From a virus: 64,000 bases of DNA. The first letter of the stretch is position 1, and every line of letters begins with the position of its first letter. Made by a program: the position numbers and the translations under genes. The DNA is taken from positions 32,001 through 96,000 of the IMG/VR virus record IMGVR_UViG_3300046787_000675; one strand, given 5' to 3'. This document shows positions 7,940 to 17,684 of the stretch, piece after piece. The notes beneath the pieces are model-generated. The model saw only the letters and a program-made list of their open reading frames with translations, did no database searches and was not told the DNA's origin.

Positions 7940-9766
7940 GTTTTTTATTCCTTACTGTGTTGTTTTGTATTAATCCACGTCACCGGTGGTAGTAAATGAA
8001 AAATCTTCGTATCGAGGGTCATCCCACTCAACATCCGATGTCTTAATTTCCCCAGAATCTATCTGACGCTGTACTAGTTCTATTGCCTGTTCTTCCGTAT
8101 CACATTCCACTGTAACTGATCCAGTTGAACGTGTTACTTTTTCCACACTAACTATGTATTTCATTTATTTGTCCTTATTTATTTATTTATTTATTTAGTT
8201 AACCGAGCCCGTCCTGTAATAGTGTAGAGATACATCGTCTTATACGTTCCTCTCCGAAGAACGGGATTAGCTTAGTTTTCATTTCGGTTGCTGTTATTTG
8301 GTTGGTTCCACCCGAACACCCTCCCATAGCCCCTAGTGAAAGGATCTTAGTACACAACTCATCTAACGGGTCCCCAACTTCAGCGGGAACAGGAGGTACG
8401 TACTCCGCTATTATAATCCAAGGGTCTCCTGGGTTTTCTCCATGCACCCTCTCTTTGGCGTCTCGACAATCCTTGGCATTGTGTTGCCAAACAATTTTGT
8501 CGTCTAACTCTAAAGGATGACACCAGCATATTTTCTGTGCGGAGTGTATGTGGGTATCACCTAAAGGGAGCACGTGTAACCTACGTGTATAAGACTTCTC
8601 TAGACACCCGGGATCTTCAGATGTTATATCATCCATAACACTGTACAACCTTGTTGTTTCGTCTTCTCGATTAGTTTTACCAATCCCTTGCAAGGAGGGG
8701 TAGAGGACTCTTCAATGTCTTGGATGCAGACTGCTACGTCTGTATCTGTAGACGTCAGACAGTTGTAATGTTCTATTACAAAGTCCCTGACACTATCAGG
8801 GGATTTTTCCATATAGGCTTGTATTACCATTCTTTCACCTTATACCTTTTTGAGTTGTTGATGTTCTCTAAACATTTGCTATACAGATCTTGTAATAGCT
8901 CGTCTAAACAGTAGCAATCGTCTAAGGTTACCTTAGCGGATTTTATTTCCTTAGTTGGGCTATAAGCTACGAACTTTCTGAAGGCTCGTTGCAAGATAAA
9001 CACCGTTAAAGAGTGTTTGTTTTCAGTGTCTGTAATCGGAATGTTTAAAGATACAGCTCTGCTTATGTAGCTGTCGCATTCCTCTTGCAGTCCTTTAATG
9101 TTCTGATGTATCATCTTCGTCACCTAATATATCCGCATGAAGTTCTATAATCTCTTCATTGCTGAAGTTATCATAACCAGTGCAGCCCTCTCGCATGATG
9201 TCGTACAAGGAGCCTTCATCTAGGGTGTCTACATCGTGCATTGCCAGCTCGTGGCGCATTTTTTCTATTTCTTGTTCTGTAGGTTTATTCATTTTATTTT
9301 TTCCACTTAGTTTAGATTAATTTATTACCCGTCATGAACGCATTCTTCCCATGTTGTCATATTCTATTCCTTATATTAACCATAGCATTGAACAACCGCT
9401 TTCGCGGGCTAATTCTATTAGTTTTGTTATTTCTGGGTGTGGTTTTACTGGAGGTATCTCCTGTATATCTTGGAGGTCAAGGATATAATCACCATCATCG
9501 CAGCTTTTATATTTGTAGTTACCTTCCAGAGCATCTTTTGTATTGGCAGACACTTTTATCATGAAGACCTTAACAGTGTTTATAGCACTGTCTTCTCTTA
9601 TAGACAGTTCATCTATTACCTCATCGTAATAGAGATGACCTTTTTTATAAGGATATTCAAGTACCTGGAGTTCTCTTCACGATAACAGCTCAGGAGTACC
9701 CACTGGATAACTGCTACTACTGTTAAACCACATATTATTGTTATTAACATTGTTATTTCCTTATGT

Positions 9767-10159
9767 TTATCTTGTTAAGAATTTACCTATATACGGAGGA
9801 ACCTCTGCCCTATATTTCATAGCCAGCTTTTCCAGCTCGTATACTGCATTTTTATCTAAACCTCCTTCTTCTATCAGACAAGTGTCGTGCCAATATTGTA
9901 GATCTTCTAACAAATCTAAAAAATCATAAAATCGTTTAATACCCGTAGTCTCTAACATAGTTCTTACAGGATCATGATTACAGTTATACTCATCCATTAC
10001 CCTGCATAGTTCTTTCTGTGTTAATAAAACACCTACTCCGCATTTATCTCCATTAGGAGAGCGATACATACACCGGTTGTTTTCTTTCGATTTCGAGACT
10101 CTAAAGTTTTGTTTGGCTAGTCCTTTTAAGGACTTATAAAATAATACTTGTTCAGTCAT
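9767..10159 (-). CDS. Hypothetical phage protein (CMYR...KCGVG...LQYWHD motif)
   Basis: Motif pattern is common in phage hypothetical proteins. Confidence 0.6.
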   Translation of the reverse strand: MTEQVLFYKSLKGLAKQNFRVSKSKENNRCMYRSPNGDKCGVGVLLTQKELCRVMDEYNCNHDPVRTMLETTGIKRFYDFLDLLEDLQYWHDTCLIEEGGLDKNAVYELEKLAMKYRAEVPPYIGKFLTR

Positions 10160-10170
10160 ATTTTGTTTCC

Positions 10171-10830
10171 TTATTGTAATAGCTTCTCGTACATTGTAGC
10201 TACTTCGTTGTCAAATAGAAATTCTAAACGCTCGCGCATCTGTACAGGAAAGTTGTCTTCATTTGTCACGCCATTTACCGCTACATGGTGGTTCCACAGT
10301 AAAGCGTCATCCGCCATTGCATCTATGTAAGGGTTTGTAAGGAAAAAGACGCATAGTGTGTAACAAGGGGAGACTTTGAATAGATCACTTGTCCATACAT
10401 GCTTACCTTGTCTTGTAGTTTGTACACTATCTACAGATATATCCACGCCGTGTTTGTCTAAGGTAATAGTTCTTATCTTGTTGTTTATATCATTTACTTT
10501 TTGCGTAAAAGTCTCTACAACATCAAACCCTAACGCCACAGCACATTTAAATTCATTCTCCACGTATCGACCCCGATACTCCGAACCTAGCTTTTCTCCT
10601 GTCAAAGCATAGAATAGACAGAATTTACCGTATTTATTTAGGTACTCTGTCTTATCCCCGTCCGGTTGTATTGTAGGTATGGTTTGTGCTTTTTTATACG
10701 TTAACCATCCTTTACCGTACACAAATAGCTCTTTTCTGCGTCTCGATGTTTCACAAGGATACAGTACATCATCTATCAGCGCTGCTTTAAAAGGACTAGT
10801 CACCTTTGTTTCTTTATCTAAGTAATACAT
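10171..10830 (-). CDS. Hypothetical protein
   Basis: 219-aa ORF in the tightly packed minus-strand operon. Confidence 0.6.
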   Translation of the reverse strand: MYYLDKETKVTSPFKAALIDDVLYPCETSRRRKELFVYGKGWLTYKKAQTIPTIQPDGDKTEYLNKYGKFCLFYALTGEKLGSEYRGRYVENEFKCAVALGFDVVETFTQKVNDINNKIRTITLDKHGVDISVDSVQTTRQGKHVWTSDLFKVSPCYTLCVFFLTNPYIDAMADDALLWNHHVAVNGVTNEDNFPVQMRERLEFLFDNEVATMYEKLLQ

Positions 10831-12640
10831 CTACTTCCTGCTTGTTGTTATTTTGTCTAGTCTGCTTTGTAGTCGCTCAGCAATAGCATCTAGATAAGGT
10901 TTATTATCTTCACATTCCATTCCAATGGAAGCCTCAGCTACATCTTCTTTATCTAACCATCCACCGGCCTCCTTACAGAGGACAGTGCCGTCTTCATAGT
11001 AGAAAAGATGGTCACCTACAAGGAAAGTACCGTCGTCACTTTCCTTGGTTACTATTTTTGCTGCTGTTAGCATACATTTACTAGTTCTTTATGTATTTTT
11101 TTGCACAAGGTTGTCGTCTTACGTATCTCTTCCTTAAGTGATTTACCCTTATCTTGTAAATTCTTCTTAAGACACTTCAGCATCTTCCTGCGGATGCTTC
11201 CTGTGCCTATACTCTGATTTAAAGTAAAGAAGTACACAGTCTGTGTTGTAGCCGATACGCTTGTTTTATCGACCTCATTTATTTTTATAATAGGGCAGCC
11301 ATTATATGCGGAAGTAAAGAAAGATCCCTCTTCGTAGACCTCTATTATGTCCATTGACAATTTAAGATCTATGTCTAGTTTAAATCTATGTAATGCTTTT
11401 TTCATTTTGATTTCCTTGTAATTAACTCTTGTATCTTTTCGGACACGTCTTTGTGCATACCTTGTTTAAGCTCTAAAGCAAGTATTCGCAGAGCACAGTT
11501 ATGAAGTTTTTTCTCGAGTTTTTTAATTCGGCTCTTGGTTTTCATTGTCTTACTTTTTGTATATTCTGTGGATCGTATACTCGTATCCTTGACAGTCGGT
11601 TATCATATAAGGTGTTTTAATTTTACCTTCAAATAACCCTTCCTGTTCTAAGGCTTCTGCAAGGGCAAAGTCCGAGATAGACATATCCTCGCCTACTAGG
11701 TCATCGGCATAATTTCTTGTATATCGGACTCCGTAGGATTCAATATCTAACATTATATCGAAGTAACGTATCCCCAGTTTACGGGTGTCCGGGGGATTGC
11801 TATTGCGTATCTTCTCAAGTATTCTCGCGTCTAATTGTCTATTGAGTATGAAAAGCCTAATTGTAAATACTACAAATATAAGGACGCTCATTATCGATAC
11901 GGTAAGGGATATTAATGTGAGTGTAGTCATTTTATTCCTTTGTGCTGTCTGCACGTTTTAGTTTTGCTAGTTCTTCGAAGGTAGCTCTTCGAGATCTTTA
12001 GCGCGTTTTTCTTATAGTATTCGCGCTTACGTTTTCTCGCCTCCTCGTTATGAATACGGTAGTGTTCGCGCCGTTTTGTATTCCGCTCTATACGGCGCTC
12101 TTCAGGAGTTTTTTTATCCATATAAATTATTTATCGGTTATTTTGTTTCTGTAGGGAAGTCTATATAATGTTCGGAGTCTTCTTGAGCACATCCTTCAAC
12201 ACCGCATATACCGCTTCCGATATATTCAGATATAGTCGCTTCTTCTAATTGTTCCTCGTGTTTAGTTAAACATTTATCACATATCTGACTCCGAGTACCT
12301 TCGTCACCTACGGTAACATCATCAAATGTAACACCGTTAAACGCGTATACAGCTTTGTGTTCGACTCTCCTTCTCCTTTCCTGCTCGCGGATTTCACTTA
12401 GTGTTTCCTTCGCGATGTCTCCCTCTAGTATCATTTTATATAACATAAACCATTCCTTATTGTTTAAGGACTCCGGCTTATCTCTGAGAAGTCTGCTTTC
12501 GTCATTATCGTATACATCCTCCCCGTCGATAAGTCTTTGTAGTATATCGATATCTGTTATTGTAGAGCATGAATAATACTTTGTATAATTTTTCTCTATT
12601 GTGTTATTTATTTCTGTGTCCATAGTCTCTCCTTATGGTT

Positions 12641-12886
12641 TTATTTTCTAATTTGTTGTTTATAATATTGCCATTTCTGGGCTTCCCGGATTTTAAGTTC
12701 TCTCCTGCTGTCTACTTTTTCACTTCCAGGCAGTTCCGGGGCTTTCTTTACGATATTCATCTTCAGGTAGGACTTATGGGCGTGTATAGGGTATTTAAAC
12801 TCTATAAGCCCTGCATGATCCGGGATATCTCCCAGAGATACTAATCCCTCTGGAACACAGAAATAGAAATGCTTTAGTTTAGACTT
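12641..12886 (-). pseudogene. Start-less C-terminal fragment of an MmcB-like (PD-(D/E)xK) phage nuclease
   Basis: 81 open codons KSKLKHFYFCVPEGLVSLGDIPDHAGLIEF...KKAPEL..., beginning exactly at the IS right end. Confidence 0.6.
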
Positions 12887-12900
12887 CCGATCACTTTTTA

Positions 12901-14493
12901 TTAATTGTTATTAACAATGCATGCTCGCATTTCTGCGAACAAGGGCTGATCTGCCAACGCACGTAGGAAAATCCCACGCGCTCCATTTATATCTCGGCAC
13001 ATACTCTGTCCGAGACTCTTGATGGTCTTACGACCACCTAGATTTTGGATAACTTCTCCTGTCCAACTAGCGGTTTTACTTGTGTATGCTTCGCATTGTC
13101 TTATTATTATTTTTCCTGCCTCGTTAGCTTTACTTAAAAGCTTTTGAGAGAACTTGTAGTGGGATAAGGTAAGCATTTGACGTACTGACTTTTTGCGTAG
13201 CTTACGAGCAGCTTTACAAACCATATTACTTACTTCGAAAGGAGGTAGGATTATAACATCAAAGTTATTAACAAGCATAGCTACAGCTTTGTTGTGTAGT
13301 TCGGCTATTAAGTCTTTGATTTTCCAACGCATCCTATCTGCAGCTTTCTTAAGCCTATATCGTTGCTTAGCTGTACATTTAGTTTGTCGACTTATCAAGT
13401 CGTCTAAATAAATACACAATCTTGTTATTCTGCTCATAGCGCCTGAACCTATTTTAAAAACACCTGCAGGAGAGTAGCCTGTTAAGAATGTTCGTACACC
13501 TGGATCAAGAGCTACAATCCTACCTTGGTTTTCGGCAGGTACTGTAGTTACTTGTTCCGGTATACAGACAAACCATCTACCTTGTTGGTAAATAAGTCTG
13601 CTGTCCATAGGGGAATTTGGAATAGCTTCAGAATAGCGCAATACGCCTGACAATCTTTGATAAATACCTTTATCGCTTATCGCGCTCTTAGGGATGTAAC
13701 AAGAGTGTACAGGCTCTTTCTTACTTTTAAATTTAGGTACTTGGGGTACCCCTGTCTGCTTAGTAGTCATACGGCATTTAACAAGGCAAGAGTGCGCTTC
13801 TTTTACAGCTATAGACTTTATTTGATATGGTATTTCTTTCGACCATACAGGAGCGTCTTTGAAAAGAATATTTCTAAGATCCATCCAAGACACTCTTTCT
13901 GCAGGGTTTTTGTTTAACCAATCTAAAGCTAAGTTGTAGAAGAAACGGAAAGAACCTAGCCATTTCTTAAAGGCTATTTTCGTCTCTTTCAACGGATAGA
14001 TTCGTATCTTTCTCGATTTTGTTAGCGTACTTCCCAAATCGTGCGAAGCTGCTGGAGAAGTATTGTGATAATTCATTAACGTTTGTTGTGAGTTCTTCTT
14101 TGGAGCTAAAGCGGTGGTCATTGAGAACCACGATTTCTCCGCCGTTCTTCCTAACCATGGACTCAATGAGGTCAAATCCAAGTCTAACAAGTCGGTCTTT
14201 ACTGGTAACCACAAGCGTGAGCTTATCTCCCTGCATAAGTCGTTCCAGTAAGGCTTGAAGTCCTTTTCTTTTGAAGTTAAGAGCACTTCCGGTGTCTTCG
14301 ATGACTTCAGCGTTTGGGTACAGCTGTCTAAGTTGCGCGGTTTGTCGGACGAGGTCGTCCTTTTGTTCCGGCGAGTGGACTCTGCAGTAAAGGACGATAG
14401 AACTGTCTGCTTGTCCTCGAATGTACGATTTGACATCGTACAATCGCTGACCTGCTTCATTTTTGACTGTTCTAATCTTTCCTTCATCTGCAT
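12901..14493 (-). CDS. tnpB: TnpB with rearranged RuvC (pro-Fanzor/Fanzor2-like); start uncertain
   Basis: ALDPGVRTF (RuvC-I); IILPPF (Pro at the canonical Glu site); CEAYTSKT (alternative Glu); RDINGARGI (RuvC-III). Confidence 0.88.
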   Translation of the reverse strand: MQMKERLEQSKMKQVSDCTMSNRTFEDKQTVLSSFTAESTRRNKRTTSSDKPRNLDSCTQTLKSSKTPEVLLTSKEKDFKPYWNDLCREISSRLWLPVKTDLLDLDLTSLSPWLGRTAEKSWFSMTTALAPKKNSQQTLMNYHNTSPAASHDLGSTLTKSRKIRIYPLKETKIAFKKWLGSFRFFYNLALDWLNKNPAERVSWMDLRNILFKDAPVWSKEIPYQIKSIAVKEAHSCLVKCRMTTKQTGVPQVPKFKSKKEPVHSCYIPKSAISDKGIYQRLSGVLRYSEAIPNSPMDSRLIYQQGRWFVCIPEQVTTVPAENQGRIVALDPGVRTFLTGYSPAGVFKIGSGAMSRITRLCIYLDDLISRQTKCTAKQRYRLKKAADRMRWKIKDLIAELHNKAVAMLVNNFDVIILPPFEVSNMVCKAARKLRKKSVRQMLTLSHYKFSQKLLSKANEAGKIIIRQCEAYTSKTASWTGEVIQNLGGRKTIKSLGQSMCRDINGARGIFLRALADQPLFAEMRACIVNNN

Positions 14494-14557
14494 ACTTCCT
14501 TAATGTGTTAGGATGCATTCCTAATTCTTTACTCGCCTTTCTACTTGGTAGTAACAT
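13967..14557 (-). CDS. tnpA: IS607 TnpA serine recombinase with MerR-type HTH; catalytic motif reads YCRVHS
   Basis: LGMHPNTLRKYADEG...GQRLY, DTGSALNFKRKGL, KDRLVRLGF; GGAGG RBS. Confidence 0.9.
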   Translation of the reverse strand: MLLPSRKASKELGMHPNTLRKYADEGKIRTVKNEAGQRLYDVKSYIRGQADSSIVLYCRVHSPEQKDDLVRQTAQLRQLYPNAEVIEDTGSALNFKRKGLQALLERLMQGDKLTLVVTSKDRLVRLGFDLIESMVRKNGGEIVVLNDHRFSSKEELTTNVNELSQYFSSSFARFGKYANKIEKDTNLSVERDENSL

Positions 14558-14637
14558 TATTACCTCCTTTCAATAGGTTACTTAATAGTAACATAGTAAA
14601 TGTTAATTTCAAGTAGTATTTGTTAATAAAAAATCAT

Positions 14638-15300
14638 TTAGTTAAAATCCTCTTCCTGCGGGACATACTTTTTCTTATCGCTGTCGTAGCACATGGTAAA
14701 AGTTATATCGAGAGCTACAGGTATTTTTAGTATAGACACGACTTTGTCTATTACATCATCGTCCAATACAACACATCCCTGATCTTCATAATAGGTCTGG
14801 TGTTTTATAAACATATCCCATTCCGCTCTAGGTACCTTAGGGATAGGGTGGTTTCTATTCCCATAAACACTTTCGTACTCATAAGAGGTCATAAGTCTTG
14901 TATTTAATTTATGCAATCTGCGAATCTCCGGATATGCGCCTACATCTGTATCTAGTGTTAAGATCATACCTTCAGACTTCCAGGTTATACCTATGCGATG
15001 TTTATTTTTTTCCTTACTTCTATTTTTATAGAATACGCTTATTTGATATACGAACTTTTTACCGGATTGGTTTATCTGAGTAGTACCGTCAGTAGGAAAT
15101 ACCTCAAGGGCTTTTGCCAGCTGCTCCCTTGTAGCAGATGCTATATAGGTATTATGTCCGTACCCTCCTGTAGACTCAATACCGGTCTTATCGTAGATAA
15201 GTTTCTCCTCCGTGGCTACGCGTATATCTTCTTTATACTTCTTTTCCAAACGTACCAAGGCTTCTGCGTGTTCCTCGTGTACCTGTTGTATTGTTTTCAT
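14638..15300 (-). CDS. Hypothetical protein; its last codons may derive from the IS left end
   Basis: 220-aa ORF with AAGGA RBS. Confidence 0.65.
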   Translation of the reverse strand: MKTIQQVHEEHAEALVRLEKKYKEDIRVATEEKLIYDKTGIESTGGYGHNTYIASATREQLAKALEVFPTDGTTQINQSGKKFVYQISVFYKNRSKEKNKHRIGITWKSEGMILTLDTDVGAYPEIRRLHKLNTRLMTSYEYESVYGNRNHPIPKVPRAEWDMFIKHQTYYEDQGCVVLDDDVIDKVVSILKIPVALDITFTMCYDSDKKKYVPQEEDFN

Positions 15301-15979
15301 AATTTTCCTTTGTTATTCTTATTATTTAGAACTACGGCCTGTACATGGGAATTTATACTGACATCATTTATACTATCTCTTACGTTGTCCAGTGCTGCTA
15401 TAGATACACCTACAGGTAAATTTGCTGAATTAAGATATAATGTTAAATGTTCAACAGCTTTATCTACTGTTAGGTCTACGCTTCTCATATTTTTCCTTTT
15501 TTGTTATATTTGTTTACTTATTATTGCGACTAAGGAGGATTTGTATACGGGGGATGTTTTACATAAATCTCCCGCTGCTTTAGCTAGAGATTGTTCCAGA
15601 CTTAAGACCTTAGCTTCTTTAATATTTGTTATACAGAATGAGTCGTTTCCCTTATATCCTCCAATATCATAGATCTTGAAGGACGGAATACTTTGGTGTA
15701 AATAGATGAGCCTATTTTCTTATTTATTATACACATATAGAAGTACTATGCACGATATTAACCCGACTATCTATCACAGGTGCCTTGACTTTTTCGCTAA
15801 CAGAATACCATGGTTTATCAGTCACTTTGTGATATACTAACTCGCTCGATAGTTTTCTTACATTAAAACCCCCAGACTCTTCTATTCTCTCTGATATGTT
15901 ATTCATGTATGACCTCTTCTGCTTCAGACGATGTATCTTTGCATATTTTAGAGAGGGTCGTTAAAAGTTAAAATATCAG

Positions 15980-16007
15980 TTGACATTTGTTGATTCCTAT
16001 TTATATT
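15980..16007 (+). promoter_or_regulatory. sigma70-like promoter of IS607 element 2
   Basis: TTGACA-N16-TATATT upstream of GAGG RBS and tnpA. Confidence 0.6.
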
Positions 16008-16036
16008 CGTTGTATGGTTAAAACAACGAGGTTTAT

Positions 16037-16609
16037 ATGTTTTTAAAAAAGTGGGCTAAACAGCAACAAATAAGCTACTGGACAGCCCTTAGGTGGTTTC
16101 ATTCTGGTAAGTTACCTGTTAAAGCTATCCAAACTGAAACAGGGTCTATTTTAGTAATTGAAGAGTCTTCTGCACCGTTATCTAATTGTGTAGGAGTACA
16201 CCTGTACGCTAGGGTAAGTAGTCACGACCAAAAACAAGATCTCAATAGACAGCTACAGAGGTTGCGTGACTACTGCGCTTCTAGAGGTTTTAATATACTT
16301 AGTGAAACAGCTGAAATTGGTTCAGGGTTAAACTCTGAACGCAAAGGTCTGGCTAAGATTCTTAAAAAAGAAGCTGGGGATATTGTCGTCGAACATAGAG
16401 ATAGACTTGCACGCTTCGGTGTCCCTTACATAGAAGAGGCGCTGTCTGCTAGACATAGAAAACTTGTAGTTATCAATGAGACTGAAAGTTCTCAAGAACT
16501 TGTACAAGACTTTATTGATATTGTCACATGTATGTGTGCTCGAATCTATGGAAAACGATCTGCCTCTAATAAAGCTAAAAAAGCTTTAGCAGCCACTCAA
16601 CAGGATTAA
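16037..16609 (+). CDS. tnpA: IS607 TnpA serine recombinase
   Basis: N-terminal HTH, YARVSS, EIGSGLN, EHRDRLARFG. Confidence 0.95.
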   Translation: MFLKKWAKQQQISYWTALRWFHSGKLPVKAIQTETGSILVIEESSAPLSNCVGVHLYARVSSHDQKQDLNRQLQRLRDYCASRGFNILSETAEIGSGLNSERKGLAKILKKEAGDIVVEHRDRLARFGVPYIEEALSARHRKLVVINETESSQELVQDFIDIVTCMCARIYGKRSASNKAKKALAATQQD

Positions 16610-16610
16610 T

Positions 16611-17684
16611 ATGAAAAGGTCTAGTAAATGCTCTATTAAGTTTACTACTAAGAGTAAACAACACAAGCTTTCTCTTATTTTAGACGAATATGCCCGTGTA
16701 GTAAATTCATTTATAGACCTCTTTTGGACATCCTGCCCAAGTAAGGCTGCCCTTTTAAAACCTGTTGTAGACTCTGTTAATTCTTATTTTTCCGCACGTC
16801 TTAGAAAAGTAGCTGCTCGCGAAGCTATAGATATGGTAGTAGCCATGAAGCAACGAGGCGGGAATAAACCTGTACATACAGGTAAACGTATGTGCCTTTC
16901 CGAAACAATTGCAAACTACAAACCTTCGAAAGCAAAGCATTTCGAAGGTTGGATAGAGTTGCGGTGTATAGGTGCTAAAATAGCTATTGACCTTCCTATA
17001 AAGCTGCACAAACACTTTAATAAGTTACATGCTTCGATGGATTTATGTAAATCCATCGTACTTACGCCTACCTACGCGATGTTCTCTTTTTCTAAAGAAA
17101 TAGAGTACCCTGCGGTTGTGTCTGCACCTCTAGCTATAGACTCCGGAATAAAAGCTCTTGCTTCGTGTTCGGACAACACCCAACTAGGTGCCGATATAGA
17201 AACATACATTAAAAGAGTTAGACGTTGTAAACAGAACTCTAGAGGGCAGCAAACTGCTCGAAGAGCCTTAAAACAACGAATAGACGAAGTAGCTAAACAA
17301 GTTTTACAGAAGGGCGCTGATGTTGTCATCGTAGAAAACTTAAAGAACATAACAAAAAACACTAAAGTCAAACGACGCTTGACTAAAAATATGCGTTGCG
17401 TTCTCGGTACTTGGAACCTGAGATATTGGTTAAGCAGATTAGAACAGCGCTGCGAATCGAACCGTGTTCGATTCGTTAGCGTTCCTGCTTACTACACATC
17501 TCAGAAATGTTCTAAGTGCGGTCACACCGAGAAGAGAAACAGGCAACAAGAAATATTCCGATGCTGTGTCTGTGATTACACAGCTAACGCTGACGTGCAA
17601 GCGTCTATGAATATTTTAGGTCTGTTTCTTGCCGGCACCTACGGTTCCGGCTGCAAAGACAAGTTTGCTATAAAAGTAAACTGA
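16611..17684 (+). CDS. tnpB: TnpB RNA-guided nuclease (canonical D-E-D, zinc ribbon)
   Basis: AIDSG, VIVENL, YTSQKCSKCG...CCVC, NADVQASMNI. Confidence 0.92.
   Translation: MKRSSKCSIKFTTKSKQHKLSLILDEYARVVNSFIDLFWTSCPSKAALLKPVVDSVNSYFSARLRKVAAREAIDMVVAMKQRGGNKPVHTGKRMCLSETIANYKPSKAKHFEGWIELRCIGAKIAIDLPIKLHKHFNKLHASMDLCKSIVLTPTYAMFSFSKEIEYPAVVSAPLAIDSGIKALASCSDNTQLGADIETYIKRVRRCKQNSRGQQTARRALKQRIDEVAKQVLQKGADVVIVENLKNITKNTKVKRRLTKNMRCVLGTWNLRYWLSRLEQRCESNRVRFVSVPAYYTSQKCSKCGHTEKRNRQQEIFRCCVCDYTANADVQASMNILGLFLAGTYGSGCKDKFAIKVN

Larger units (their letters stand above)
12887..14650 (-). mobile_element. IS607-family element 1 (TnpA plus pro-Fanzor-type TnpB)
   Basis: Serine recombinase plus TnpB. 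Right end ...AAAGTGATCGG at 12887. Left GG inferred at 14650-14649, followed by repeated TTAAC motifs; the left end is less certain. Confidence 0.8.
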
